From Symsagittifera roscoffensis (Eukaryota), in assembly GCF_963678635.1 (NCBI RefSeq), contig NC_087064.1, positions 45,985,437-46,049,436 of the forward strand: a DNA stretch of 64,000 bases, in the 5' to 3' direction. Made by a program: the position numbers and the translations under genes. Below the pieces are notes generated by a model. The model was not told where the DNA came from and searched no databases. It saw only the letters and a program-made list of their open reading frames with translations. This document shows positions 63,341-64,000 of the stretch, piece after piece (the stretch's first letter is position 1; each line of letters begins with the position of its first letter).

Positions 63341-64000
63341 TGACTACCTCACGGAAAGCTCAAAGCGGTATTAAATTCGAGCCCTTTTGATCGTTATTCG
63401 AATTTGAAAAATTTGTCTCAGTGTCGAGAAAAACTCGTCTGAATGTTTTCAAAAATTTTCAGACTAAATCAGGCGAAATTTGACGATCCCGGGTTGACCT
63501 CAATAGACAAAAAATGCTAATCATACAGTTCCATAAACTAAGTCTATGAAAAAATTCTAATCATACAAATTTCATACATTTTGCTAAAATAGTCTGATCG
63601 AATTTTCAAAGAACTTTTTTCTTGCTTTGGCATAAAAGTCAGTGTATTGTAATAAATATAAAAGAACAACTTTTTGTCAAAAAAAAAGTACTAATCATAC
63701 CAATTTCATATAAGGAAATTGTAAGACTAGCATTTTTTTTGATGGCGAACAAAAATTTTAGTTTTAAAATTTCACCGAACAACTCGAATTTTGTACTCAA
63801 ACAAACATTTTCAAAAAAAACTTTTGCAAGCAAAATCAATTTGTGTGCATAACGTAGTCCTGGATACACCAAAATTTGATTTTTTTTCCATTTCTCTGGA
63901 TAAACTTTTTCAAAAATGCTAAAAATTCCCATTTCTTTTGTATGGCATGCTTATGCATGCCTTGATCAATGACTGATAAATTAAAAACTCAATATTTGAA

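Overview
This window is eukaryotic, not prokaryotic: it is AT-rich, has GT-AG introns and WD40 exons, and carries an LTR retrotransposon, SINEs, MITEs and satellites. It is probably an invertebrate metazoan, but I cannot name the species from sequence alone. CRISPR and operon categories therefore do not apply, and most ORFs in the supplied six-frame track (many with GTG/TTG starts) are AT-rich noise or repeat-derived.

Protein-coding content lies on the minus strand. A STAND/NACHT-like helical region is encoded at 63.1 down to 47.9 kb and a clear WD40 propeller region at 21.3 down to 0.9 kb. The WD40 part is a nine-exon chain (19654 down to 923) with canonical splice sites and consistent reading-frame phase. 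The two parts could be one NACHT-WD40 (NWD/APAF/TEP1-like) gene with very large introns, or two adjacent genes.

About 80% of the window is repeats. The main classes are:
- A nested LTR element: a gag-only copia-like element with 241-bp LTRs and TSD ACTTT, inserted into the zinc knuckle of an older gag.
- A 17.8-kb higher-order duplicated array (units U, V, W) at 26.7-44.5 kb.
- A high-copy MITE family with TIR AGAGTAATGAACG.
- A SINE family containing a tRNA-like segment and a GCGAAG/CTTCGC hairpin tail.
- A composite element built from internal ~178-bp satellite units flanked by GGATTCCGC subterminal motif arrays.
- An hAT-like MITE with an 8-bp TSD.
- A nearly identical 1.47-kb tandem duplication.
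- A ~168-bp satellite.

I see no prokaryotic-style novel system. The interesting material is the gene architecture and the nested, datable transposon history.
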